Positions 1-14,057 are shown, counted from the first letter of the stretch. The stretch: DNA of 54,220 bases from Paramecium tetraurelia (GCA_000165425.1 CT867996.1:248001-302220), one strand, 5' to 3'. The notes: generated by a model from the sequence alone, not told the origin. Made by a program: numbers and translations.

Positions 1-1793
1 ATTGCTGGTTTCTGTCAGCACTGTCATCACTTGCTGAAAGACCTGCCTTAGTGAAGAGACTCTTCGTAACTATGATAACAAATTCACTCGGAGTCTACAG
101 AATCAAGATTTGCAAGAATGGAGAATGGGTTTACATCACTATTGATGATCTATTCCCTTGCTATCCCTTGGGTGCTCCCATATTCTCAGCTGCACATGGC
201 AACGAATTGTGGGTGCTGTTGTTAGAAAAGGCATATGCTAAATTACATGGAAGTTACTTTGCGCTCAGAGAAGGTCTGTCTGGAGAAGCCATGGTGGATT
301 TGACTGGTTGTCCTACAGTAGTTTATGGATATTCTGAGTTATAATAGATGTGGCAGCAATTGTTGTAATATGATCAAGAGGGTTATTTGATCAATGCATT
401 CACAGAGGGAAATGACACTCAGAGTGAAGGATAGAGAAAGGAATCTTCAACAGATAATATTGGTTTGATTCCTGGTCATGCTTACTCAATATTGCAGGTG
501 AAGGAAGCAAAAGGAAACAAGTTGCTTAACATTCGTAATCCTTGGGGTAATTTTGAATGGAAGGGAGCTTGGAGTGACACATCTCCTTTGTGGACTTAGG
601 AGATATAGAATATAGTTAATTTCGTTAATGATAGCAATGATGGGCAATTTTGGATGTGTTGGAAAGATTTCTTAACTTATTTCAAAGGTGTGAACATTTG
701 TAAGGTCAGAAATTGGGAAGAAGTCAGAATCAAGGGAAAGTTCATTAAAGTGACTGACATAAATGATAACAATATTGATGTTGTACTAAGCAAATGGTAT
801 TATTCCTTTGTCATCCCAAAGTCAACCAAAGTCATCATGGGAATCCATCAAGAGGATGAGAGAATCAGAGGAGTCAAATTGTTAAGACCTTATTTAGATA
901 TCGGTTTGACTCTTTTCAAGTAAACAGAGAAGGGATTAGAATTACTTGCATAAACCATCACCAAATAAGATAGACAAGTACAATTGGAATGCGATTTGAA
1001 TCCTGGTGTCTATATTGTAGTACCAAGAACAAGTGGATTATATTTATATGGAGAAAACAATAGTATAATCAATCTGTTGAATAATGATGGGTCTATTCAT
1101 CCCTTGCTTTATTCGACATTGAGTGACATCTTCAGAAAATTTGATATGTTGTTGCTCAGAGAATTGAGTTTCATAGAGTTCAAAGGAATTTATGATTGTT
1201 TGGAGAAACAACTAGATCCAGAGTATTTCAAGTAGATGCTTACTAAATACACTTCTACAGAAAAAGGAATTACTTTCACCGGATTTGTTGAGTTCTTCAT
1301 TGATCAAATTAAATAACTAGGGGTTGAGACTATCTACAGATGGCTAGAGAAATTAGGATATGATAAGAATCTCAATTCTATTAAAAGCAGATGTTTTATC
1401 TTTACTGCTCATTCATCTATTGAAATATCTGTAACAGTCAGAGATGCCATTACTACTGATTTGAATAATAGAGTGCATGTCTTTGCTACCACATTTCCAG
1501 ATCAATATCATTAGATTGAAAACATCAAAACTGAAAGAGAAGGCATCAGAGTCATCCAATGTTATAATCGTCATTCTGATACTTTTTGTATCATTGCTAT
1601 CAATGATCAAACTTACCCTATTGAATGCTTTCTTGATCTCACTCTATGTAAAGGCTTGATTGTTTCTACTAAGACTTCGAAAGTTCTAAAACGATTAGAC
1701 TCAGGCTAAATGGAAACCATGATCCATTTTAAATAGAACAGAATTCAAAAATTAAAATTAGCCATTCAAGTTAAGTGGCAACCTGTTTAATGA
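1..1793 (+). CDS. Calpain-family cysteine protease (CysPc domain, domain-III-like region, degenerate EF-hand); 5' end outside window
   Basis: One frame in code 6 from nt 3 to TGA at 1791-1793. It contains CWFLSALSSLAE (catalytic Cys at 3-5), ELWVLLLEKAYAKLHGSY, GHAYS (His) and RNPWG (Asn), giving a complete triad. DIFRKFD..LSFIEF is EF-hand-like. Confidence 0.93.
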
Positions 1794-1809
1794 TAATAAT
1801 AATCATAAA

Positions 1810-2670
1810 TCATGGAAAAAACAAATTACTTATCATCATCGCTATTTTCCAATAACAAAACTAGTGTTGCAGTAATTATTGTTAAGACAAATTCTGGACA
1901 GTCCCTTGAATAAAGGACTGGAAGTATGAGTGGAAGCATAAGTGCTACGTTAAGCACTTTTAGAATTCTTTGTCCTTTCAGTTTCCTTAAAAACCTTATT
2001 GCAATTATCTTGTAACTTTATAACACTTTCTTCCTTCTCGATCATCTATATTTTTAATCTCTCCATGTCTATCTTGCCCTATTGTATTATTTTTAATTGA
2101 TCCTGTATCTACAATCTCAACATTAGCAAATCCTCAGAATGCTATTAATTCTCAGATTCCAACATTTTGATATTCTGAATCAGATCGTAAATGTGTCCTT
2201 GCAATTTCTTGTTGCATTCTTATAACACATAAATCTAAGCTAAAATTTCATAACAATCATTTTTACATTTATAGGAATTCGTCTAATTTATCAGCTATTT
2301 GTGAGCCTTCAATTAACCATTCTGTTTCATCAGATCCTAGTAGTTTTAAGCATCTCTCCTCAAACTCTCATATTCAGCCTTCGATACTGAACTAAATAAA
2401 CATTGTCACATACTTCTAACTGTATCATCTTTCAACTCAATTATAGAATCCTAACTCAAGTGGCGGTTTGTGTTGTTGGTTGGATTCGTGGTGTAGTTTT
2501 CATCCTTTTTGCAACTAGAGAAGAAATAGTATGCCTTAAATAATAATTAAATTCACTTACTTCCTACTGAAACTCTGGCGACTATTCGCTTGAATTAACA
2601 TCGCCGAATGAAGGTATTTCAAGAGTTTTTAGTTCAGTTTTTTTTGTTTCACATGGCTAAAACAAATCAT
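1810..2670 (-). CDS. Hypothetical coiled-coil protein
   Basis: Long E/K/Q/L-rich frame (..AEYESLRRDAQNYQDLMKQN..) ending at TGA 1810-1812. Two tiny GT..AG introns near 2390-2412 and 2535-2560. The 5' exon structure is not fully resolved. Confidence 0.55.
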
Positions 2671-3327
2671 GAATTTAAGTCTATGTTAAATATATGTTAG
2701 AAGACATTCTTTTAGCAAATAATTATTATATTAAAATTTTATAAATTCATAACATCTATTCCAACTTCACTACTTTGAACTCCTTTCATAGCCTATAGAT
2801 GCTATCTAAAATATTGTTTTACTTATACGTCATATCTCCTTTCAAATTTGTATAATATGGAATCTGACTTAAAGAAATTAAGTCATTCAAGGTTTCTAGT
2901 TCTAGATATCGAAAGGGTATTTTTTACCAATATAAATAATTTTATTTATCAAAATTTGCTGCCATTCAACATCCCTTAAATGAAAAGCAAGGGAGCTATA
3001 AAATTAGAAATAGAAAATTTTAATTAATACAACAAAATTTTTTTTTTTGGATTATATTAGACCCACTGTTCATTTACTGTTGCAAACATAATTAAAATAA
3101 ATAAAATTAATTCTGTTAATGTCATATTATAAACAATAAGCGAGAATTCTCAATAGTTTCTTGATTTTAATAATAATGTTTAGAATTTGATTTGATAACA
3201 GTTAAATTAATGTAAATTGGAGAAAATGCTTAAGAGATTAATAGATATTAGAAAATAAAGATATTGAAACTCATCATATATTAACATAGTTATAATTATA
3301 TTATTTTTCTTAATATTTTAATTTTAT

Positions 3328-4190
3328 CATTCTATTGATAATTTATAGTTGTATAGGTCACAACTTTGTAGTTTATTCTAATCAATAGTATGAACTATTC
3401 GATTCCCAGTGTTAAAATATAATACTGAATGAATTTATGGCAAAGATGTTAAATTATCAACTGGTGTTATGTTTCTAAATGAAATACTTTATCCCCAAGT
3501 AGAAAAATTCTAATATCCTACATATTAATAGCGTTGTTCTAGAGTTGTTGAAACAACAGAATTAACAGTCATTTTGTAACTTGTAGATTAAAATGAAGTA
3601 TTATAAAAGTGTACTGAAATAATTGATAAATTTTGAGTAGTTGAATAAATAACTGTAGATTATTTCGATATGTAATAATAAGGCGAGGGATCAACTAATG
3701 CATTACCACTGCGATACGGAGTTAAAAGATTATTTTCACAAATGCATCTAACCAAAATATTCCATGATTGAATTCGGTTAGTATAATTTGATAGAATTAT
3801 AAGTTATCTTCTGTGTATTCTGCAAAAGTGACATCAGTAATATTCATTTATTTTGAATAACTAAAATAATTTTTATCTAAAATGCTTTACTAGGTTTACT
3901 TTATAGTCCAACTTGATACTGTTATTACTAACGTAAACAGTGTTATTTAGTTAGTCTCCACCGCAAATACTTTAAGTCTTCCTGTTTTTTGTAATTGTGA
4001 ATTCACATTAGGAAAATACACAATATCACTAAATTATGAAATAATCTATTCATAAGAAATTAAATATGGACTAAACCTTTTTAACATCCAACAAAAACAT
4101 AACCTTGATTATTAGAAATTATCCATTAACAGGGTGAATTAGATGTTTATGGGAAAGGATTTGAGCTTAATATATTTAGTTCATCATCGA
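3328..4190 (-). pseudogene. Probable degenerate fragment of a ciliate surface/secreted-type protein gene
   Basis: Protein-like S/T/Y/N-rich frames join only through an apparent 1-nt frameshift near 3735 (..WLDAFV / NNLLTPYRSG..). There is an early TGA near 3328 and no clear start. Confidence 0.3.
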
Positions 4191-4308
4191 TAATAACCCC
4201 TAAAAAATATTTAGCTTGTCATCATAAGAAACCAACAAATTTTAATTTTCAATATTAGAAATTTATATTTATATATATAATGATGATAAAATTAATAAAA
4301 ATATAAAA

Positions 4309-5050
4309 TCACTTTTTTAAAGCTTAAGCTGGCTTAACACTACTCTGATAAGCTGGCTTTAGGAATTTAGAAGCTGGAGTTAACTAATTTCTTCTCACCG
4401 TTGATTTCTTTTCAGATATTGGAACTGAGTGAGGTTGTATTGTTAAATTTGATAATTATTGCTATTACACAATTGGTTTTATTGCTTATTGCTATTATTA
4501 AGATATTGATTATTATTAAGTATTTTCAGTGTCAGGCTTCCCATTTCCACCCTATAATTCTCGTTCAAACTGTTTGAGTTGTCTTTGGAATCCAAAGTTA
4601 GGGCAAACTACACTTCTCTTTAATCTTACAAATTAAAAGGCTTCCGAAAATGACATTGCTTATTTTCTCATAAGATAGGCGATAACTGTTGCAGCTGATC
4701 TGGAAACACCAGCAGCACAATGCACAAGCACACTTCCCTTTTGCAGTCCCTCGTCTATCTATTAATAGGTGTCTCCCCATATTCTCTTGATATTACATGA
4801 TTCAATATCTAGAATATTGTAAACCTATGATTAATTATTGAATTTGTACTTTATGGACAATATCGGCATTAGATGGGTATTTAACATTCAATCCAGATGC
4901 TACTGTTAATACAGTTTTGATATTCTTTTATTTCAAGAGCTATTAATTGAATGCTGCAGTGTAGTCTCCTAACCACAAAGCTCCTGAACTGTCAGTTTAA
5001 TCTAAGATAATATTCATGCTTTTGTAGTTATTGATGCCTCTGAATAGCAT
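4309..5050 (-). CDS. Dual-specificity protein phosphatase (atypical DSP) with Q-rich C-terminal tail
   Basis: LWLGDYTAA, VLVHCAAGVSRSAATVIAYLM (HCxxGxSRS signature) and VCPNFGFQRQL. 25-nt intron at 4825-4849; TGA at 4309-4311. Confidence 0.93.
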
Positions 5051-5702
5051 ATTGATGCTGCCTTATATTCTAGAAATAAAAATAATTAATCAATTTAATT
5101 ACCAATTTATTTCATATTTATATGAACTAAATCCTTCGAACTTGATAGATTTCGATAATTCTGGTTCTTTATGTTTCTTCATTTCATTTTGAATGTATAA
5201 TTGCATCCTTCATTCTTTATTACATCTTTAACTTAGGAATTCCTAACTTAATTTAGATGTAAAATAAATTTATGATATAAAGCAGATTTTTGGGAGAATA
5301 AATTTAAATATAGTGAAATGAAAAATTTTAGATGTTCAAATACACATTCTATTTTTAATTTATTCTTAATCTACCCTATATTTTAACTAAAATTTAATTT
5401 TTAATTGCCATAAAGCAAAACTAATTATTTAAGAATTAGTTATGATAAAATTCTAGAACTGAATTTAGTGCATTTTATTGGCTTACCCTATCGATCTTAT
5501 ACCGTCTGATGAAATCGGTTTTCGTTTTACTTTTGTTTTGACTCAAGTCAAAGAATTCAATGAGAAAATCATTTAAATATCTTCTTTTTAAAAAAATGGT
5601 CTATTTTTTTTTTTGTATTTATCTCTGTTATTCCCTTTATTATATCATTAATATTCTACAAACCCATTTAGCAACATGTAACACTCTAATGAAGCTGATT
5701 TT

Positions 5703-6011
5703 ATGAAAGATGAGTTCAATTATCAATTCACTTAATAATATACCGAATAAGAAATGCTAGAAATTATTATCCAACAACAGGGTATCCTTGATATTTTTGA
5801 TGAACTTGTTGTAATCAATGTTGAAGCACATGCTGAAAAAAAGCAGCCAAAATTATGCGAAAGAAGAATGAAGAAGATTAAAAAAACTAGTAAATTTACA
5901 GCACAATTATAAGGCATAAGGAATATAAATAGTGGATGTGCTAAATTGTTTAAGATGAAATTAAATAATGACAGAACCATTTATTAATTGAAATAAATTT
6001 CAAAATATTGA
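5703..6011 (+). CDS. Short hypothetical protein (or gene remnant)
   Basis: ATG at 5703 opens a ~100-codon frame (MKDEFNYQFTQQYTEQEMLEIII..) with an acidic half followed by a basic half. No recognisable motif. Confidence 0.25.
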
Positions 6012-6399
6012 CGCACACCTTTAATAAAAAAGCAATTTGAATGACCACTCCTTTTTGGAAATGAATTTAGAAAGAAGGGGTTGAAGATTTTATGCGAAAA
6101 TATATTAACAATCATTTTATTAACAACTATTAGAAATTATTTTTTGTTATAACTTCTTCGTGAATCTGGGTCATGATATTCCAAATGATTCACCCTTCTG
6201 CTTTTAACAACACTAATATTTCCCATCAAGTTAATGCACTATAAACTATATAATAATTTTATGAATTCAATTATTGGTAAAGACTGAAATAAAATACTGA
6301 TTCTAATTCTGGCAACACAATAGAATATATACTTATTTGCAACCAAGGAATCGATAGAATATTTAAACAATAATTAAAAATCAATTAAGAATAAATTAA

Positions 6400-9300
6400 T
6401 CATTGATCCACTTTATGAATCCTATTTAAATATTCTCTGATGGCTTTTATGCGTTGGATGAGATTCAATGGTATCATTGATAATAGCAAGGTTGTTCTTC
6501 TGATCTAAAAGATTGCATACATATATTTACTTCATTATTAATTTTGTTAGCAATGGGCCACCAGAATAATAAATAAACAAGGACTAAGACAACTAAGAAA
6601 ACTATGAAAATGGTGACGGTGGTAGTTGTATTGGTATCAATATCTTTTTGCAGACTCTGATTAAATGTAACTAACAATTATTGGAAGATAGACCTAATAT
6701 AAATGTCCTGCATTTAATCTAGTTTATGAAGAATAATGTACTTATTTCAACAGCAGCAATATCTGTATACATTAGAGATAATATTTTATTAGTTTATAGG
6801 TTATCCGTGAAATTGTAGGTAGTTCCTGAAATAGTGGTGGATGAAGAATCATTAAGGAGAGAATCGTAAACAGTAAGTAAATACCTGAGATTTTCAAAAT
6901 GTCTGGATAAAGCCAAGGCTAGAGATTCATCTACAATTCCTTTGACGAATGCTTAGCAAGATAGCCAAATCCACAGGAGCAACTTGGATGACTTAAGCAC
7001 AGGCTCCCGCTTTCATGATTGAATCAAAGTAATCGTTGTAAAGAGTATTGTGATAACCCAAATTTAATGAATGATCCTTTTGCATGTTAGTATTAAGGTT
7101 GTATAAATCTTTTACAAAGTCTGCAGAAATAGTCTTTGAAACATTATTTTTAACAGGGAAGGCAGAATCCCACAACATTTGTCTAAACACATTATTAGCA
7201 AAAGTGATTGAAGGTACTGCAAGTGAAGTGGCATTCATTTCCTGAATTAGTTATTACATAGAACTTTGTAAATTAGCACCAATAAGATAATGAGCAATAA
7301 AATAAGCAATCAACAATCCCATGGAAATGATGAATTTAATGTAAAAGTTACGTTTATCTTTGGAATCATACTTGTACTTCTTTCTTTTCTTTCTTCTTCC
7401 AAATTCTTCCACCACTCCTTCTCCTTCCTCGTTTTCCTCAAATGATACATCATTCTCTTGATTTGCGTCTTCATCTTCACCTATTTATAGAGTATTCGAA
7501 AAGGCTTCACACTTAGCGAACAATTGCTTAACTTTAGCTAAAGGTATCTCTAAGAACAACTTAATGACCTCTTCTTGATTCTGAGACACCAAACTAAAAA
7601 GCACAAGCAATCCACGGTATAGATATGACAGTAAATACACATGCAACAATAAGAAGCACAAGTAATACATTGGAATCATATGCTAGGTTTATAAGTTGAT
7701 TTGTATAAAGATCAGCACTCTCTAATGTTGCTTGATAATAATCATTGAGCAAATTATATCTAATGAAAAAGATAGAATCAGCTTCAGGAGTAAAATCTTG
7801 TATATTAAAATTCATAACTTCAAATGCTTTTGAAATGATCTATGAAGTTCCTTGATTGATATCCACTAATTAATTGCTTTCAGTTCCACTGGTATCCTTA
7901 CTAATCATCTTAATAGTATTAGTAGTCATTAATTCATCTTGTCTACCTGATACTTCAGTAGAGGATTGAATTTTAGATTGGATATCCTTCAAATCACTTA
8001 TTGTAGTGTTCATATTTGTCAATTATGTTTTTACTTTATCATCAGTGGCTAAAACATTGATTTTATTCAATCTGCACAATTCCATAATTTACCATTGTAT
8101 TCTTTGGCCTAAAGCTACTCTAATGTTAGAATCTTGCATCATAATGTATCCTTCTTAGATATCAGAAAATAACTATTAAGTCAATACATAATCAAGTAAT
8201 CCCAAAACACCCAGACATATAATTAATACAGCTGCACTCCATTTAAAACAAATCATGCTGGTTTAATTGACATTTCTACTCTCTTATAGGAATTGAACGA
8301 AAGTTCTTCTAGATTTATAAATGTTAGCATGACCTCCTTCTACTTCATCTTCATCGTCTTCCTTTTATATTTATTGCATTCCTGCATTTCCTGCTCCTTT
8401 TTTTTGTTCATTTTCCTCTTCTTCATCTGAATCTTGATTCTTAAACTCTTCAATATCAAAAAGCTATCCATTGATATATTTCATAGTTCTGATTCCCAAA
8501 GCTAAATCAATCTTGTCATCTTTTTCTCCTATATTAGAAGAAGGAGTCTTTTCTTCTTCCTTCATAGGTTCTCTTTGTGAATAATCAAAGGTCTCATCTT
8601 GTTTCACACTTGAAATAGCAGACATCTAGAAATTCTAATCTCCTGAATACTCTCCAACATACTATTGTTGAGCCTAATCAAATTAGAAATAGAATTTGGT
8701 TTATGATTATTATTTCTTTTATTAAGATTAATCATTAGGATTGAGAAATGATTTCTCCTATTTGTTATTTTCAATCTTGATTATGTATCCTTGTAATTTA
8801 GAATCTCTAAACATAATCTCTCCAGCAGTAATATTAAATTTGCCTTAAACTGATTAATCTCTATTCTTAAAATTGATATCTGCTTCTGCTCCTGTTTTAT
8901 TCAAATACTCAGTGATGTTTTCTTAGAAATTAGGTATTATACTACAGTGACCTTAGTCTTCTTTTTTGTGATGTAATTAAGATCTATATGAAACATTGTA
9001 ATAAAAGTAGCTGAAATATTTTCAATCTCTTGAGTCTGTCCATTCACAATCATAAAGGCTACATTTTTAAATACTTTCTCTTGTCTCATGGCTCCAAAGA
9101 ACTGGGCACCGTGTATAAATGATGGCACATATCTCACATAGATGAAGAATGGAAATATATATCCATTCTTCGATTTTCCAATGATCATTCTTTCTCTATT
9201 CATTATTCTGCTTTCGTAAGTTTATAAATATGTTTCCATGAATTAATCATGTGATTAAGCAAATACATTTGGCATCAAGATATTAACTTTTCTATTAATC

Positions 9301-11324
9301 AATTCACTCTTAGAATAACCGAACATTTTGGATGCTGACATATTCAATCCTATGATTCGACCAAAAGTCACATCTTCAGCTGAAATACTAATTAGCGCAG
9401 TGGATTCATTAGGAAAATCATTGATATTGTTAGTGATTTTGCCTCTGTCCATATTGACTGAATAAAAATTCTTCAATCTTTCCAATACTTCCTCAGCTGA
9501 TTCTTTATCATACAGAATATCAACTAGATATCTCGAATAAATCATCATCAAATTTGGAGGGACATCCAGATTCATTTTAATAATTCGTTTCCATGAGTCT
9601 TCCAACATTTTATCTATAAACATCATTCGAGTTCCAACATCATACAATTTTCCGAGATCTGGGGTATCCTCACTCAATTGTGACCAAAACTCTATGTGTT
9701 GTGATGCTGACTTTTCAATTTATGCTCGAATTTCTCTAAGATTATTTTCAGTGGTCAATTCATTTACTGCATCAATGCCAGCAGCTGGATTTTTGGAAGA
9801 TTTTGAATTTTCAAACATTTGTTCTTCTATAAGCTTCTTCAATCTGTAGATAATAAATTATTCGTCGACATATGGCTTCTCTTATTCTGCTGCTACCAAT
9901 TCCTATAATGCTTGTTGATTCGATTACATTTTCTCCATTAAAAATAAAGAATGAGAAATTCGTAACTCTGTGCAATTGGGAAATCTGGTTAAGGATAATG
10001 TAAATATTCTTTCAATAATGTAGACTAAAACCACATACTACTCTTTAATTTCATCATCTTAATTTTACAATTTAAAGTTCTTCTGAAATTTAGTAATTTT
10101 CTTATTCCCCATATTTTTGGCTTAGCAAGGACAGTCTTCTCTTTTACAAATTGTTCTATGATATTCAACAAATCCATCCAATAAAGTGGCTATGTTCCTA
10201 TCTGTATGATAATAATTCAAAAATTTGGTTAAATATTGCAACTGTTGAATTGCTTAATTTAGAGAATCAAATTTATTCGAGTCAATCATCATTATATCGT
10301 ATCTATACTCTTTCCTAAGCATAACGATCAATAGCAATAAAGGACTTCCAAAGACCCATAAATAAGGGGCACCTTCATAATAGGTCTCTTCAACGATGAT
10401 ACCAAAAATGATCATACAAATTGTCCACATGATTATGGCATGTTGTGAGTTCAATACTTTTGAATAGTAGTAATTTAGATAGACACTCGATTTGTTGAAT
10501 GAAAAAAATTAAATGACTGCAAATAATGTTAGTATGATGACAACTAGGATTCTTAATTCACTTACATTCAGTAATGTGAAGCATAAGACTAAAATGATTT
10601 TAAAAATTAGGAACTTCATATCATCTCTGCCTGAGATCTTGCAGAGTGGATTATTGGGTTGGAATCGAGATTCATAAAATGTCATGGTAACCAATCCACT
10701 GATACAAATCAAAATGAATGCTGCGATGGCTGATAAAAAGGCATGAAGTAAGTAATTTCCAGTGTAGCACTCTTAATCCGAATAGTATTTGTGATAGCCA
10801 GTCCCTGAGTCGCAATAGAATATAGTCAAAAAGAGATGCAGGGCGGGCATAAAGAAAATGTAATTGAGCACTTCAAAAAATATTTTGAGGACAACCAATG
10901 GTCCACTCAACTTACCTACTGATGTGGTTTATGCTTTGATTGCAATAAAAATGATTAAAATTATCAGTAACAGGAAGAACCCCATGATGATGTAGAGCAC
11001 TAAAATGAAGCTTTGAAATTCCAAGTTCTTCAAGTACGGGGAAATCATAAAGTACCCAAAAAATGATTGAAATGACTCTGCCCATGATTTCACCTTCCAT
11101 AATGATAAAAACTATCATAATCACCAATATATGTATACTTCATCACTAAAAGCAAAGTAAAACACTTGGAAGCTCTCAATCAGCACAAAAAAGATGTAAA
11201 GAAAAAGCGGGAAGTTCTCACCAGAAATTAAATAGTAGATGATTTCAAAAAGCAGATTCTTAAAAGAGTTTTGCATCTTATCCAAAGCTGATTTATCATC
11301 ATCAAATATAGAAACACCTTGCAT
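6400..11324 (-). CDS. Large multi-pass membrane protein with PAS domain (TmcB/TmcC, tiny macrocysts protein-like)
   Basis: N-terminal multi-TM block, a helical TPR-like region, a PAS domain (IIGLNMSASKMFGYSKSELINRKVNILMP..H..F), an acidic linker, then C-terminal TM pairs ending ..LLLSMIPLNLIQRIKAIREYLNRIHKVDQ-TGA (6400-6402). Several tiny introns, e.g. 11112-11138 and near 6505-6530. Confidence 0.88.
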
Positions 11325-11413
11325 GTTTTTATATTATTTGATATATAATAATAAAAAGAATGGTTATCTCTAAATAATTTTATATATCAAATCCCCATAT
11401 ATATTAATGAATA

Positions 11414-12778
11414 TCACACTTTTTTCCTCCATATGATTATATTCACCTACTGTTGTTGCTATGTACTAATTGTCAGTTTGATCTCGAAGATTCGTTTGTC
11501 GTACTATCTCAAAATGCAATTGCTACATGAATATCCGTAATCGTAAGGCAGAAACAAAAGTGTGGAGCAGTTACTTTTGAATTTGAATTGCAATTTGAAT
11601 ACTTGATTGATTGAATCGTATTGATGATGGAAAACTTATTCAGCACAAATGGATTAAGCATACGGTCTTTTTAATGCATCCAACTTCAGTGCTTGTTATA
11701 TGCTTCCCTTGTATGTCCTTGAATATAACACAATATCTTACCAAGAGGATTGGAAATAATCTGCATAATTGAGTAATCGGGTTAAAAGATATTCATCAGT
11801 GCCACTGAATTCAGACAAGAATGTTGGAACTTAGGCATGTTTGCCGACATGAATTTCAAACCACATTGAATAATAATTCAAATTGGTTGCTAGTTCCTTG
11901 AAGTAATTCGATTTGTAGGTGATTCTATAACTGTAGGCTTCCCTCTTGCGATATTCATTTCCATTTACATTGTCATCGAATCCTGATCCTATAAAATCTG
12001 TGTCTTGTGTCTAATAGAATACAATTTTCGACTTCTCCACTTCCCTTATGTATGAACTCACCTTCTAATAGAATGGCATTATCAATTGTCTATTGTTCCA
12101 TCCTGGCCAAATGCATTAATAGTAAGTCTTATAATAATTACCGCATTGTGGGTTGTTCAGAAGGTCATACCCAAGGACATTCTCTTCATTCTTCATCTTT
12201 TCAGCTATCTTTTACCAAAATAATCCGAAGTATTCAGTTAAGTTGTTCGTGTTCTTGTAGAGATTTTCAAAATTGCTGCCGACATCGTCAGTTTTAAGGA
12301 AGGAATCAAAATTCGTTGAGCATTGATCTTTGTTGGGATACAGATCAAATTTTATTTTCCCATTATTATCATAAGGAACTGGAAAGTTTGTCCTTTGAAT
12401 TGCCCAATCTGGAAACCCATATCCACAGAATTGCTTGCTCAGCAATACTTGATCTGCAACCAAAATAACAGAAAAATTATTTTTCTTCGCTTATTAAACA
12501 ATGTGTTCCAAATCAGTTAAATATGTAGAATTGTAGGTTACGTTGTTTTGAGATGTAGGCTTAAAAGGGATTAGTTGATCAAAGAAAACAGAAATTCTTA
12601 GAAGATTGAATCCAATTTTTGAAAGTGCAATTAAATCATCGTCGCTTATTTTTGTTAAAGGATAATCATTAAGATTGAGTCCGTGAAATATTTTTATTGT
12701 CTCATTCTACTCTATATAATACCCATTTTGAAATTCACATAGCACGATTGAGATTAGGTAATTAAAAATAATTATCAT
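11414..12778 (-). CDS. Glycoside hydrolase family 5, endoglycoceramidase-like; acid/base Glu replaced by Asn
   Basis: Intronless 454-aa frame with a signal peptide-like start. Motifs: IFHGLN, GFNLLRI, DQVLLSKQFCGYGFPDWA, VLGYDLLNNP, PTFLSEF (nucleophile) and RPYAQSI (GH5 C-terminal domain). Confidence 0.85.
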
Positions 12779-14057
12779 TTATTAATATTCAATGCTGATA
12801 TGACCAATTTAACCCTACCTGAAGCGTTTTCCACTCTTCATCCATTCTTGTCTCATTAAGCCAACGAGCAATATCCTATCCTTGATTTGCAAGTGCAATT
12901 CAACCCACTTCTCAAAGCATCCCTATATTGAAAGCATATTCCAGTATCACAATTTAATTTGAATCATATTTCAACTATATTGAATTGACCTTTGAATTAA
13001 GTACTTCAAATCGATTAATTTATTAACCCTACTGCATAAGTACAGCTTCCATTTTATAATTCTAAAGAGACTCATCTTGTCTGTATCTTCCTTCAGCAAA
13101 TATACTTGAAACCGTTGAAAAATAATTGTATCCTTTGTATTGTCAATAAACCCAAGATTGCAAATGCAGTATATTTTGTGGTATGTCAATATCCATATTT
13201 ATAAACAAAAATTAAAGTATATTATATACTTTATACAATAACCTTTGGAGAGAATTTTTGAAAAAAAGATCATTAGTAATGATCCAAATTCAGTTAGTTT
13301 AGCTAAAGTTTTGAGTTGGTTGGTGTTCATTTAATTTAAAGGATACATTAAAATCATATAATAGTTTGCAAATGATCGTTCATCCACTTTCTTTAAGTAT
13401 GAACAATATAAATTGAATCCAAATCAGGAAATAGGGTTCAATGATTACTAGTTTCTCAATATTAAGTTCTCTCTCTAATGTCTGATGTATGTATTATATA
13501 ATAGAATGGCATATTGAGATATTTATTAACTCATCCTGACAAAATAAATTAATTTTGCTTCTTTAAAATTACTTGATAAATAAGATCAATCAAACAAACT
13601 TCATATTCCAGCACATTCTGTTATCTTTGTGCACTCTATTCTAAACATATCAGCAATATCATTTTCATTTTTCAATATTAATTCTAAATTCCTTTTATCA
13701 TCTGAATCAAATAGAATTTGTCAAAGTTGTCCTATTTAAAGCAGTCATCGATTTAGGATTATCCTTTCACCTTTACTCTTAACTCTATTATTTGAAGAGT
13801 TGGGTGAGATTTCCGTTTAGTGACAACCCACAATTATGATGAAATGTGGAGCTGCCATGTAGACCACATTAAAGTCATGGAATATTCTAATTACTGTATT
13901 CTGATAAAATGAATGCAGTTCTTGGTCCATCAACAAAATTACCATGATATTTAATGTGAATCGATAGGGCTATGCCCATAATACATAATAAAAACAGCGT
14001 ATTTAATTTAATATCCTTTGAATTCCAAATATAATTAAAAAAATCGTTAAAAAATAA

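Noticed and set aside
12790..13980. Protein-like short frames on both strands between the GH5 and kinase-like genes
   Set aside because: I could not assemble a consistent ATG-to-TGA model or identify any motif. These may be small genes or remnants, but they are unsupported.
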